Shown here in pieces: positions 17,914 through 27,963 of a stretch of DNA of 64,000 nucleotides. The notes below the pieces were generated by a model. The model saw nothing but the letters and a program-made list of their open reading frames with translations, searched no databases and was not told the DNA's origin. The stretch comes from a virus (Duplodnaviria > Caudoviricetes): the IMG/VR virus record IMGVR_UViG_3300021387_000452; one strand, 5' to 3'. The stretch's first letter is position 1; each line of letters opens with the position of its first letter. The position numbers were made by a program, and so were the translations under genes.

Positions 17914-18411
17914 TTAGATATCGAACAGCTTATCATATTGAGGTGAATCTTCTGGTGAGTATTTTTCAGCTTCTTCATATTCAGCTAAACAGTCATTACA
18001 GCAGAAATATCGATCACATGTATCGTAATGCTTAACAATTAAACTGTCTCCATAATTAATATTGCCATCGCAGTTTGAACACTTAAGAGTCTTTGGTTTA
18101 ACACTCATACCGAGATGCTCTGACTTTGATTCAATTACTTCAGAAGAGATAATTGTTTTGACTTTGCGTATAGTCATTGTATGTGGCTTTACAAATTTGT
18201 TGTATTCACAGAATTCTTTGTCTTGTCTAATAACATTCTGTGCAGCCTTGTCAATATCACCATTTGGAGAATCCCACACCCCAATGATAAAAGATTCAGT
18301 ATGGCCTTCATCGTACTTAATTATCTTTTGGAGATAATATACAGTCTTACCGCCAGATATTAACTGCGGTTCTAATTCAGGTAGTCTATTTGGAAGATTC
18401 ATGCTCATCAC
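17914..18411 (-). CDS. Zn-ribbon (CxxC...CxxxC) protein
   Basis: CSNC...FCCNDC. Confidence 0.65.
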   Translation of the reverse strand: MMSMNLPNRLPELEPQLISGGKTVYYLQKIIKYDEGHTESFIIGVWDSPNGDIDKAAQNVIRQDKEFCEYNKFVKPHTMTIRKVKTIISSEVIESKSEHLGMSVKPKTLKCSNCDGNINYGDSLIVKHYDTCDRYFCCNDCLAEYEEAEKYSPEDSPQYDKLFDI

Positions 18412-18844
18412 CTAATGTATGTTTTGAGATATATTCTGCTACATGATCTAATTCTTTTAATGCTTCAATGATGGAGATTTTGCAATTACGTTCTTCCTTA
18501 TCGCTCATGTCAAGTTCATCTGAAAATCTATACAATTCATCAGCAACATCTATAATGCGCTTGTGTAAAAGTTTCATTTGATTAGCTTTCATTGATTTAC
18601 ATATTGAAGACATCATTTCATAGTCAATTACTTTTCTATCATCTTCTTCATCGTCTGAGACTTTGTTACTTTCAATATAGCATCCGTATATAGGTGTAGG
18701 TGTTTTGCCAATATTGTCTAACATTCGTTTAACAGCCATATCATGAAAATCCATACTAACCTCTTTTGTACATAATTCATCTTCATCAAATATAGCACAT
18801 CCATAGGATGGAGAGTACATTTCTTTATTCATGGTTCTTATCAC
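18386..18844 (-). CDS. hypothetical protein
   Basis: ORF. Confidence 0.65.
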   Translation of the reverse strand: MIRTMNKEMYSPSYGCAIFDEDELCTKEVSMDFHDMAVKRMLDNIGKTPTPIYGCYIESNKVSDDEEDDRKVIDYEMMSSICKSMKANQMKLLHKRIIDVADELYRFSDELDMSDKEERNCKISIIEALKELDHVAEYISKHTLGDEHESSK

Positions 18845-19559
18845 TCATTTGCTCTTTAGCAATGTAATTATTAATTCTTTGCATATAATCTGATTCAATC
18901 ACATTATAAAGACCTTTAATGTGATCTTTTATGCCATCACACAGACCTTCAATTATTTCATAATTTGAACTTTCTTTAGCACGTCTTTTGAAGTAATCGC
19001 AGTATCTAAGCATATCTGAAAACGTATGTTCAGCTGAGCCATCTATAAAGTTACCACCATAAGGCGCACTACCATACACCATCTTGCCATTAATATCTTT
19101 ATCGTCTTTATGTTCGTATATATAAAAATTCTTTAAACCAATCTCACCAGCAGCTTTACCGCACTTTTCCTTAAAGTCACATAATGTAGACAATGACATC
19201 GGTATGACTGTAATTTTATTATAATGGTTTTCAGTCACCATTGAATATAATCGTGAGTTATTTTTACGATACTCTTCTACTGCAGTGTCTTTAGCTCTGC
19301 TCATTAGATCTGTGAATTTCTTTTCCATTTCCTGATTGAATTTCTCATCAGTCTCACATTCACTATCAGGAATGTATTCTTTGCAATCTTTATCTCGTTC
19401 AAGTATTGCGTCGATTAAAGCTCCACTAACTGGAGGATATTCGTATACCCACCCACTGGAATTAAATTTCCCGTCAGCATACGGATCATTATAGTAATAC
19501 TTGATTGGCTTTGGTGGATTATACTCACGAATTATTTTCTCAGCTTCTTCTCTTGTCAT
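18825..19559 (-). CDS. hypothetical protein
   Basis: 244-aa ORF. Confidence 0.7.
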   Translation of the reverse strand: MTREEAEKIIREYNPPKPIKYYYNDPYADGKFNSSGWVYEYPPVSGALIDAILERDKDCKEYIPDSECETDEKFNQEMEKKFTDLMSRAKDTAVEEYRKNNSRLYSMVTENHYNKITVIPMSLSTLCDFKEKCGKAAGEIGLKNFYIYEHKDDKDINGKMVYGSAPYGGNFIDGSAEHTFSDMLRYCDYFKRRAKESSNYEIIEGLCDGIKDHIKGLYNVIESDYMQRINNYIAKEQMSDKNHE

Positions 19560-19560
19560 A

Positions 19561-19923
19561 CTAATCCTCGTCTTCTACATAATCTTTTGGACGAACATTC
19601 ACATGTTTAATTTCTTTATTTGGCTCTAAACTATCTGGTATGAATAAAGCATCCCATGAGTAGCTACAATATTCACTATCGTGATCAAGATACATTATAA
19701 AGTTCTTACCATACATTTGAATATCGCCAACGATTAGATTGTCGTTATTGTCCGTGTCCCATAGGATATCTTTCACAGATTCTTTGAAGCATTCCCAAGT
19801 TACTATGTCACTTCCTACTTCAACAGAAATAATATCATTCTCTGTTAATTGCTTACCATGTATCTTCCAACTATTTATATAATCAATAGTATAGTCAAGA
19901 AAGTTTGAAACATATCCGCTCAT
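19561..19923 (-). CDS. hypothetical protein
   Basis: ORF. Confidence 0.7.
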   Translation of the reverse strand: MSGYVSNFLDYTIDYINSWKIHGKQLTENDIISVEVGSDIVTWECFKESVKDILWDTDNNDNLIVGDIQMYGKNFIMYLDHDSEYCSYSWDALFIPDSLEPNKEIKHVNVRPKDYVEDED

Positions 19924-19925
19924 AA

Positions 19926-20210
19926 TTACTCCATATTATAACCAAGTCCTGCAACAAAACAATCAGCACAGCAATAATGACTACTTAATATGTAACATCC
20001 ATTTGTAAGTGGTGCACCACATTTGCTGCAGTGTTTAATAATATGACCATCGCCAATTCTCCCTTCACGATAAGATTGCTCTATGGCACAGTCAGTGCAA
20101 TAATAAATTCTATCTGGGTCTTTATCTGCGTATCTCCACTCATGATAGAATTTCGCGTCTTTTCCACACTTGCAGCATTTATTACTCATTTCTAAATTTC
20201 TCCGTCCCAT
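19926..20210 (-). CDS. double Zn-finger protein
   Basis: Four CxxC pairs. Confidence 0.65.
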   Translation of the reverse strand: MGRRNLEMSNKCCKCGKDAKFYHEWRYADKDPDRIYYCTDCAIEQSYREGRIGDGHIIKHCSKCGAPLTNGCYILSSHYCCADCFVAGLGYNME

Positions 20211-20386
20211 AGAAAGTCTATAACTACACTGTTACCAATTTCATCTTCAGGACATGGATCAAACTCATCTTGTAGTCTAACTTCATCAATAGTTCCATTA
20301 CCACACTCATCATAATCTGACCATGTAACTACTTCAAGCTCATCATCAAATTCTTTTAATTTATCAATCAGTTCTCTTACTTTCAT
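20192..20386 (-). CDS. small acidic protein, tandem paralog
   Basis: MKVRELIDKLKEF...DYDECGNG...WDG. Confidence 0.7.
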   Translation of the reverse strand: MKVRELIDKLKEFDDELEVVTWSDYDECGNGTIDEVRLQDEFDPCPEDEIGNSVVIDFLWDGEI

Positions 20387-20577
20387 ATTCTACCGTCCCA
20401 ATAGAAGTTTAGGTAGACTACTTTTTCACCAGTCTCATCCCCGTCTTCATCGTAAACATCGTCTTCCCATAAACTATGAAGATCACCATGACCTGATTCA
20501 TCATAATCTGCAAAAGTAGTAACTTTCATATCTGGCTTAAATTCTTTTAACTTCTCGATTAATTCTTGCACTGTCAT
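20383..20577 (-). CDS. small acidic protein, tandem paralog
   Basis: MTVQELIEKLKEF...DYDESGHG...WDG. Confidence 0.7.
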   Translation of the reverse strand: MTVQELIEKLKEFKPDMKVTTFADYDESGHGDLHSLWEDDVYDEDGDETGEKVVYLNFYWDGRI

Positions 20578-20588
20578 ATTCTTATCTC

Positions 20589-20975
20589 CTAATCATCAAA
20601 TTTAATATGCTCAAACTCAACTTGTAATCCAGGCTCTGCTTTACATATAAACTTTGCTTCAACTAAAATATCACCGCCGCTTACTATCGACTTAATGCTA
20701 TCAAACACGCATCTCTTGAATTTCATTGAGTGATTAGAGTAGCATAATTCAATGTCATACTCAGCAAACATCTTTGTCAGAAGTTCTATACTTCTATATG
20801 ATTGGTGAAACTGAATAACTAGTTCAGCGTCTTCTCTAATTTCATAATTTACGCTTTCACACTGTGACTGAAGAAATTCAGCATCTTCAGTTGAAAGCTG
20901 GCCATCATAATACGGCCTACGAAGTATGTCAAATGATTCAATCTTAAATTTAAGATCACATGTTTGATCGCTCAT
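20589..20975 (-). CDS. hypothetical protein
   Basis: GGAG RBS. Confidence 0.65.
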   Translation of the reverse strand: MSDQTCDLKFKIESFDILRRPYYDGQLSTEDAEFLQSQCESVNYEIREDAELVIQFHQSYRSIELLTKMFAEYDIELCYSNHSMKFKRCVFDSIKSIVSGGDILVEAKFICKAEPGLQVEFEHIKFDD

Positions 20976-20987
20976 ACTAACACTCCA

Positions 20988-21452
20988 TTAAGAAAGATCA
21001 ACACCATTCTGTTCTACATAGCTAAGAAATTCACTCGTGGTTAACTCATACGTCTTAAACGGGTTATACATCGACGTGTGAACTTCATCAGCTTTATAAC
21101 TGACTTTTAACAGCTCTTCAATATCACTAAACGAATTCACTTCATGAATACCAATGTGATCTTGCCATGCACATTCAATCCAATAAGACTTCATCTCATA
21201 AGAGACTATTACATATGTATGTGAGGCTATCATCTCTTCATCTCTGTAGATGCCTGTAAAGAAGCAATATGAGATTATACCACATTCATGTAGAAAGTCA
21301 CAGATAGGGCCAACGAAATCCCAGCAGACACCGCCTCTTAGATTGTCGAACTCTTGCTTAGATTTAATATGATAATTTGAGTTTGCTACATCTGCGTCTA
21401 TGTAGTCGTATTTGCTATACTTGTCAAATGCAGTTTTAATTGAGCTATTCAT
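20988..21452 (-). CDS. transglutaminase/papain-like Cys protein
   Basis: GGVCWDF...SHTY...YWIE putative Cys-His-Glu triad. Confidence 0.55.
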   Translation of the reverse strand: MNSSIKTAFDKYSKYDYIDADVANSNYHIKSKQEFDNLRGGVCWDFVGPICDFLHECGIISYCFFTGIYRDEEMIASHTYVIVSYEMKSYWIECAWQDHIGIHEVNSFSDIEELLKVSYKADEVHTSMYNPFKTYELTTSEFLSYVEQNGVDLS

Positions 21453-21479
21453 CAGCGAACTCCACTCTTGATACGAATA

Positions 21480-21511
21480 AACCCGCTAATGTAATTATAC
21501 ACTAGCGGGTT
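21480..21511 (-). terminator. terminator hairpin with TGTATAAT in its interior
   Basis: AACCCGCTA/TAGCGGGTT. Confidence 0.65.
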
Positions 21512-21530
21512 GAGTAATGTAAGCTAATTA

Positions 21531-21830
21531 TTAGACTTTCATGTCTTTAAACATTTCGCCTACTTTCTGGCCGAGCTCTCCAAACTGAGTAAGTGTTTCG
21601 ATCTTGTCAGAGTTGTCGTTCATTGTGTCTCCATCAAGTGCTTTAATAAAGTCTGGAAGCACACTAAGAATCAGTGGAAGATTCTTAAGAATGATTGGAG
21701 CAGCCTTTGCAACAATTGGAGCAACCTCATTTGTTACTTGCTTTTCATTCTTTGTAGCAAGCTTCTTGTTGAGAGCTTCTTCAATACGATCTAGTTTGCT
21801 GTTTAATGATAAATACTTTTCACTTTTCAT
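21531..21830 (-). CDS. small protein with degenerate tag (LNSKLDRIEE...KNE...TNE)
   Basis: N-terminal coiled motif, then amphipathic helix. Confidence 0.6.
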   Translation of the reverse strand: MKSEKYLSLNSKLDRIEEALNKKLATKNEKQVTNEVAPIVAKAAPIILKNLPLILSVLPDFIKALDGDTMNDNSDKIETLTQFGELGQKVGEMFKDMKV

Positions 21831-21859
21831 ATTGCAATGTCCTTATAGAAGTTTGCTCA

Positions 21860-22309
21860 CTATTCATCTGAGCTGTTTTCATTAATTATTTTATTAATGA
21901 TATCTGACAAATACTCATTTGGCTTCAATGTGTAATGAGCTTTTGCCTTGTCATTTTCTTTAAGCTTCTTTAGAATTGACTTCCATAAATCTTTTATTCG
22001 ATGACCAAGAATAATAGACTTTTGTTCTTTACTTCTTCTATACCATTCTTCTCTACATTCGTCAGTGTCTTCTGGATAAACAAGTATGTACTCATACTTG
22101 TTTTTATTCAATACATCAATAGCACGGTCATGGGCTGTTACTAATAATACATCAGCAGTGCTGTTATCTTTAAGACGCTTTGCATAATCAACAATTGATC
22201 TACGGTAATCTTCATCAAGACCAGCTACTTTGACATTCTTTTCACAGTGACTTAATAAGTATGATTTTCCACAGCATGGGAAGGCTGCTATTATTATTTG
22301 TTTACTCAT
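21860..22309 (-). CDS. small P-loop NTPase/kinase-like protein
   Basis: IIIAAFPCCGKS Walker A variant; ILVYP. Confidence 0.65.
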   Translation of the reverse strand: MSKQIIIAAFPCCGKSYLLSHCEKNVKVAGLDEDYRRSIVDYAKRLKDNSTADVLLVTAHDRAIDVLNKNKYEYILVYPEDTDECREEWYRRSKEQKSIILGHRIKDLWKSILKKLKENDKAKAHYTLKPNEYLSDIINKIINENSSDE

Positions 22310-22330
22310 ATTATATTCTCCATCTAAGAA

Positions 22331-24364
22331 TTACCATGTAGGATCAGTTTTGTCAATAGGTATTTTGCCACCATCGTTATATAAATTTGCGTTAGATACT
22401 GTTGGAAACTGAGTGAATCCGCCGTTTAGCATGCTTGTCTTAAATGCAAGTGCTACGTGATTTATATTACTATAGTCGTCTTCACTTTCTGGTCTGTGGT
22501 ACATTATATCTTCTCGATCAGCTTCTACTGTATATTGAGTACCATTTGTGTTACACAGCTTAAAGTAAGCAAATCCAATTAGTCTCTCATTTGACAATGA
22601 GGCGCCTTCCTTACCACCACTTGAGTAGTCACCAGTCACTATTGGAAGTATCATATGCTTTGGAGCAGCTTCAAAACTATTAATTAAATTGTTTAAATCT
22701 ACAACTTCAGTGATTATTTTATGTGAAGCTGATGCGATGTACGGTAAATGAGTAGGAGACTCAAATGCAACACTAGCCCTGTTGCTGTAATAATCTACAC
22801 CCATAAACATCCATCCGTGTGACATTAGCTCAACGATATCATTCATTGATTTCTCAGTACCATCAAGCGGGCATACACCAACCTTGTAAAATACATCACT
22901 ATATGATACGCTTAATTCTTCGCCTGTCTCTGCGTCATAATCAGTTGATTGTATAACAAATGAAGTTGTTCGTAACTGAATATCGTACTTTGGTTTTTTA
23001 TCATAGTTAAGTGCTATTGACATAACACCATTAGTAAATGCATTATCATCTGGTGTAATACTTTCATCTTCATTTGTCTTTTTATTTATTAGTGGATCTA
23101 TAGTAACATTTACATCGCTTATACTGCACTCAACCAGGTCTTCTCCCCAATTATTAAGAACTGATATGTTTGAATTTGCTTTTAACAAGACAGTGTTACA
23201 TTCAGCGAATATACCATCAGCAGTAGACTCATAAGTACCGCCATCATCAGCACCACCAGATAGTTGAAATTCTATCGGAAGATCTTTAGTAACATCTATA
23301 AAGAACAAGCCACCAGTGTCATCATTAGCATGCTCAAATTTTAGAATTGAGCTAAACGCTGAATTAGAGTCATTTAGCTCAACTTCACGCCATGTATATG
23401 AGTTTGGTATGTACCACATCTGCCATGGGTCTGCTGTGCCAACTAGTGAATCATTATTATATACGCTTATATTAACTCTATTATTAGCCCCAGTGCTACC
23501 ATTACTGTGAAGAACAACTTTGTAATTATTTCCTTCTTCACCTGGAATATTAAATTCTACGTATATACCGTTTGAAACAGCGTGTGCTCTAGATGGCTTT
23601 GCTACTGGCTTAAATTTATCATTATTATCATCATTATATTTAATATATAAGTCATACTCTGGTGTAAGCTTACTATTACTATAGCTATAGTATTGGTGAA
23701 TAGTTTTGTACTTACTTCTAATGTTCCCAATAAGGCGACTTTCTACATTTAAGCTAAATACATGTAGATCGCCTTCTGAATATGTTGCATCTGTCTGAAT
23801 AGTACATATGCCATGTTCAAATTGATAGTCATCATCAAACAGCATTACTTCTTCACTTTCACCATAGCAGTTGCCATACACATGAAGATTTCCATTGAAG
23901 TCTATAGTCTGAGGCTCCTCTTCAGCATTGTCTACAACTGATATAGTGATTGATGATTCATTATATTCTATGTTAGTGCGTAGAATATTTGACGCTATTA
24001 AATTTGACCACCCTGTAAAATTATGTGGGTCATCTTCATTTGGCGATTGAACTTCAGCTGAGCCACTACATTCATACGCTGGTTCAGCTATAATATAGTC
24101 TGTATCATTATTACTATCATGAATTGTACCGTATATAAATACATCTCTAACTATGTCATTCCAATTGCCGCTTAGACTTAAATATACTGATGACCCATCA
24201 GTATCAAAGTGGTCTACTGTAAATATGTCATCTCCAGTTACTGATTTTTTAAAATATAGAGAGCTATTTTCCATCATGAAATTGACTAGTGATCTAACAG
24301 GTGCCGATTTCTTTTCTAAGCCTGGAAAAGATACACTAACAATCATATTATCATTATCTGCCAT
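22331..24364 (-). CDS. large putative virion structural protein (paralog of 12427..14916)
   Basis: PGEEGNNYKV, FQLSGG, LRTTSFVI...YKVGVCPLDG; GGAG before MADND. Confidence 0.6.
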   Translation of the reverse strand: MADNDNMIVSVSFPGLEKKSAPVRSLVNFMMENSSLYFKKSVTGDDIFTVDHFDTDGSSVYLSLSGNWNDIVRDVFIYGTIHDSNNDTDYIIAEPAYECSGSAEVQSPNEDDPHNFTGWSNLIASNILRTNIEYNESSITISVVDNAEEEPQTIDFNGNLHVYGNCYGESEEVMLFDDDYQFEHGICTIQTDATYSEGDLHVFSLNVESRLIGNIRSKYKTIHQYYSYSNSKLTPEYDLYIKYNDDNNDKFKPVAKPSRAHAVSNGIYVEFNIPGEEGNNYKVVLHSNGSTGANNRVNISVYNNDSLVGTADPWQMWYIPNSYTWREVELNDSNSAFSSILKFEHANDDTGGLFFIDVTKDLPIEFQLSGGADDGGTYESTADGIFAECNTVLLKANSNISVLNNWGEDLVECSISDVNVTIDPLINKKTNEDESITPDDNAFTNGVMSIALNYDKKPKYDIQLRTTSFVIQSTDYDAETGEELSVSYSDVFYKVGVCPLDGTEKSMNDIVELMSHGWMFMGVDYYSNRASVAFESPTHLPYIASASHKIITEVVDLNNLINSFEAAPKHMILPIVTGDYSSGGKEGASLSNERLIGFAYFKLCNTNGTQYTVEADREDIMYHRPESEDDYSNINHVALAFKTSMLNGGFTQFPTVSNANLYNDGGKIPIDKTDPTW

Positions 24365-24632
24365 AGTGCAATCTCCATTGTATAAGTTGTTCAAGTCTTC
24401 TAACTCGAGATTCTAAACCAAGTTTATGCTTATCATAATCATTAGATCTTTTCATGTAAGATCTCATATCCTCTTTAATAGGATTGATGTCAACTTTAAT
24501 CCCTTCAATCCTAAGCATCGGTCTACTGTTTAATATACCGAATAAATCATCCTCTTTAATATCACCCTTGTACTCTACAACTTCATCATATGTATAAAGA
24601 TCTGGATCTAGCCCTTGAATTTCTCTATTCAT
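24354..24632 (-). CDS. small protein with C-terminal LESRVRRLE tag
   Basis: ORF with GGAG RBS. Confidence 0.65.
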   Translation of the reverse strand: MNREIQGLDPDLYTYDEVVEYKGDIKEDDLFGILNSRPMLRIEGIKVDINPIKEDMRSYMKRSNDYDKHKLGLESRVRRLEQLIQWRLHYGR

Positions 24633-24634
24633 AT

Positions 24635-25654
24635 TTATTTCTCCGCTTTCTTTGCGTGTTTTTCAATATGATCTTTTAATTTCTTTGGCATATTCTTAAG
24701 CTCATCCAGTGTGAATTTTGAAATGAAGAAATCATTTGATCTCATAATATATGATTTACCAATCTTATTTATTGTAAAGTGATCTTTCTTTCCATTCTTA
24801 TATACTATTTCAATAGTCCACTTTTTGTCACCTACATCACCTTCAATAACTTCCATATCATAGTTAGGGAATTCCTTTTTAATATCATAGGCAATTTCGT
24901 GTGCAAGCTCTGAATCATTATTCTTTTTATTATCCTCTGTATTCTTTTCAGCCTGCTCAATATGTTTTGCAATATGGTCTATCACAGTCTGTGGCACGTT
25001 TAGAGTACCATCATCTGGGTCATCTGAGAACTTTACTTTTAACTTGTCTTTGTCTGATGCCATAGTATAGTCGTCTTTGCTATCATTTGGCTTCACCATA
25101 GAGATGTTTTCTTTGTTACCGTCATTATAAACGAGTCTTAGAACCCAAGCATCCTTTTTATTTTTGACATCTACTTCAGAGTCAACGTCAATATCATCTT
25201 TTTTGAAGTTCATAGCAATATCAAACGCAGCAAGTTCACCATCATTTGCTGGAGTATCTTCTCGTTCGTTTATGATCTTTCCAACTCTATTTTGTTTTCG
25301 TTCTTCAATAAGTTTATAAATGTTATTCATCTTGTTTTCTAATTGGCAGAGACGAATTTCTAATGGAAAGCATGATGCTGCAGTTTGGATTATTTTATCA
25401 ACATCTACGTTATCTAATGCTGCTAGGATGAGTAGCTGCATGTTATCATTTGGATCTAAGCATAGATTATCCGCATCTGACTTACATGCATTGATTTTAT
25501 TCATCACTACTTCTTTTGCACCAGTTTCAAAGTCATCCATTGTCGTACAATTGCTTACTACTGGAGCAAAGTCATCTGCACATAATTGATCAGCAATAGC
25601 CAGTGTCTGAAGATCAGCCCAGCAATCACTACATTCTGAAATTCTCTTTACCAT
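24635..25654 (-). CDS. tag-bearing protein with duplicated ~95-aa domain
   Basis: LEIRLCQLE internal; NDxELAxxIA...W...VY..G.K repeated twice; ATATCTATA upstream (25712-20). Confidence 0.7.
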   Translation of the reverse strand: MVKRISECSDCWADLQTLAIADQLCADDFAPVVSNCTTMDDFETGAKEVVMNKINACKSDADNLCLDPNDNMQLLILAALDNVDVDKIIQTAASCFPLEIRLCQLENKMNNIYKLIEERKQNRVGKIINEREDTPANDGELAAFDIAMNFKKDDIDVDSEVDVKNKKDAWVLRLVYNDGNKENISMVKPNDSKDDYTMASDKDKLKVKFSDDPDDGTLNVPQTVIDHIAKHIEQAEKNTEDNKKNNDSELAHEIAYDIKKEFPNYDMEVIEGDVGDKKWTIEIVYKNGKKDHFTINKIGKSYIMRSNDFFISKFTLDELKNMPKKLKDHIEKHAKKAEK

Positions 25655-25749
25655 ATAATAACTCTCCTTAAAACGAGATTGTGTAATATCAAATCTTATT
25701 GACTACTATACTATAGATATTCTATATACATGAAATATGAGGCATAAGC

Positions 25750-26595
25750 ATGCTGATTGTTAGTAATAAATATGAGTCATTGAGAAATATCTCTGAGTCA
25801 AAACTAAGTGATGATTATGAGAGTCTTATCGCTAATAGCATAAATTCACTAAGCAAAGATCATACATATTTTGCTGAGCGCCCAGTAAGTAATAACAAGT
25901 TCAGCGATGTGTTCATTAAAAGAAATGATGGAGTGTCTTCTTGGATTGAGGTGAAGATGGATCATCATGCTGGGCTTGGTAGTCCTAGAGTGTATTATAG
26001 TGACTACGAGGGCGGTTGGTGCACGACATATAAAACACCATCTGCTGCGTTTGCAGTTGAGCTGCTTAATGCTAGCGATGAAGCTTCGTTGTGGATTAAG
26101 AATTTCAAGAAGTGGCTATGCTCAGAGTTAGAATCGTCTAATGATGATAGACTTCTTGGTACTATATGTCATCATAAAAATGATGGGCACTACACTCCAT
26201 GTGATCTAAAGATAGTTTTGCCAACAACAGCCGGTGGATTAGATCTCAAGGGAGCTATTCCAGTTGACGTGATGCAGAAGTTTGTATCTGATCATAATAG
26301 AAATATTCTTAATTATGAATGTGATATTACAAGTGTAGTTGAAGATCACTACTTAAAAGGAAAGCAAGAGCCGGCTCACTATATCCAGATTGGAGATGAT
26401 TTATATAGAGTCGGTGAAGATAATCCGTTTAACTGGGAAGTGCCAAGATTATCAATACCATCTGGAAACATTATTGCTAGAATATCAATTAGTAGTAATA
26501 AGTTATATGAGATACAAGTAGATATAAAGTCTCATGACTACTGTAGCAGCGACTATTCTCTGAGACTTGACTCTAAAAAGATGAGGCCGTTCTAA
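25750..26595 (+). CDS. PD-(D/E)XK endonuclease-like protein
   Basis: YE...AERP...SDVFI...WIEVKM catalytic pattern. Confidence 0.7.
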   Translation: MLIVSNKYESLRNISESKLSDDYESLIANSINSLSKDHTYFAERPVSNNKFSDVFIKRNDGVSSWIEVKMDHHAGLGSPRVYYSDYEGGWCTTYKTPSAAFAVELLNASDEASLWIKNFKKWLCSELESSNDDRLLGTICHHKNDGHYTPCDLKIVLPTTAGGLDLKGAIPVDVMQKFVSDHNRNILNYECDITSVVEDHYLKGKQEPAHYIQIGDDLYRVGEDNPFNWEVPRLSIPSGNIIARISISSNKLYEIQVDIKSHDYCSSDYSLRLDSKKMRPF

Positions 26596-27632
26596 TGCTT
26601 ATTGTAGCTAAAAATTATAATTCAATATTTAATATTATTCAAGAAAGCAAGAAATCAGATCAGTTTGAAATTGATGTTGTAGAATACTTAAACTATACCT
26701 ATGGAGATCTTGGTTTGAAGTTCATTAGAGTTGGCGGGTCTGATTCTACAAAGTCAGATATTTTTATCAAAGTTACTAACTCTGATGATAGAAATAATAG
26801 TAAATATATTGAGTGTAAGATGGCTAGAGCTCAAGCAGCGCACGTTACACTAGATGAAGTTAAAGATGGTAGCGGCAATGTTACCGCGTATGAATATCCA
26901 GGTAATTTAGATGAGAATGATGAAGATGATATTGCTTTAAAAAATATCATTTCATTCATTAATGAAAAATTAGGTAGTGGAGAAATAAGTAAAGATCATC
27001 CATATTTACGCATCGGAAAAAATCAAGAACCAGTACAATCAAATTTTGACAAAGCTATAATTAGACATTATAAGAAGCTAGGCGTTGATTATATCGCAAG
27101 TGGCTCATCTGGTAAAAACCCAATTATAATTAAGCTACAAAATGTTGGAACATACTTTGATATAACAGCTACATTTAGAGTGCTGCCATCTGGATCAAGA
27201 GATGTTCCTAAGATGTATGTAAAAGATATTATCACTGATAATAACTTTGAAAAATATACATTCTTTACTGGCCCTAAGAACGATGTCAGCAACTTATTGC
27301 CTGTTTCAGTTAGTGAAGATACATTGTTAATAAATGGTTATCCAGCTGATAAAAAATTTCTTAATGCAAGTCTATATATTAAGACTAGTAATCAGCTAGA
27401 TGATAGAATTCCAGTGAAGCTACATAATGGTAAGACAGTGTATATTGTATTTCAAAGTCCTATAAATGGCTATTCAAAAGTAAGATTTAGCTCATATAAG
27501 GGACCTGATTCTGAGCAATCTAAGCCATCTATAAATTTTTCTGTCTATCTTACAACTGATAAACAGCCAGACAAGGATAAGCAAGACTTTGAGCAGTATC
27601 TTAATAATCTTAAAGAATCGCTTAATGAATAA
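26595..27632 (+). CDS. type II restriction endonuclease-like (HhaI-like) protein
   Basis: FE..V.YLN.TYG..F...GSDSTKSDI...YIECKM...Q, YF...FR..SGSR; resembles R.HhaI as recalled, unverified. Confidence 0.7.
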   Translation: MLIVAKNYNSIFNIIQESKKSDQFEIDVVEYLNYTYGDLGLKFIRVGGSDSTKSDIFIKVTNSDDRNNSKYIECKMARAQAAHVTLDEVKDGSGNVTAYEYPGNLDENDEDDIALKNIISFINEKLGSGEISKDHPYLRIGKNQEPVQSNFDKAIIRHYKKLGVDYIASGSSGKNPIIIKLQNVGTYFDITATFRVLPSGSRDVPKMYVKDIITDNNFEKYTFFTGPKNDVSNLLPVSVSEDTLLINGYPADKKFLNASLYIKTSNQLDDRIPVKLHNGKTVYIVFQSPINGYSKVRFSSYKGPDSEQSKPSINFSVYLTTDKQPDKDKQDFEQYLNNLKESLNE

Positions 27633-27642
27633 TAATAAAACA

Positions 27643-27671
27643 AAAGCTCAGATGGAATCCATCTGAGCTTT
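27643..27671. terminator. bidirectional terminator
   Basis: AAAGCTCAGATGG-AAT-CCATCTGAGCTTT between convergent genes. Confidence 0.8.
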
Positions 27672-27679
27672 AATTGTAT

Positions 27680-27892
27680 CTAGACCTCGTTAGTTATATC
27701 ATTTGGATCTTCATCCACGCTAGTTGGTGAAATTTCATCGACTAGATTCAACGCAGTCCTAACATATAATTCTACAAGATCTATTTGAATTGGGCTATGA
27801 TTTGCATTTCTGCAAACATCTAGTGCACCAAGTAGGTAGTATCTCAAGAAGTGTAGATAAGTTTCAACAGACTTCTTCGCCATCATAATCAC
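27680..27892 (-). CDS. hypothetical protein
   Basis: GAGG RBS. Confidence 0.6.
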   Translation of the reverse strand: MIMMAKKSVETYLHFLRYYLLGALDVCRNANHSPIQIDLVELYVRTALNLVDEISPTSVDEDPNDITNEV

Positions 27893-27963
27893 CTCTCACA
27901 AAAAGATTATATGTGATTATCATACCGAGCCCCTGGTGAAGTTTGTTCATTATCTTGTTGATA

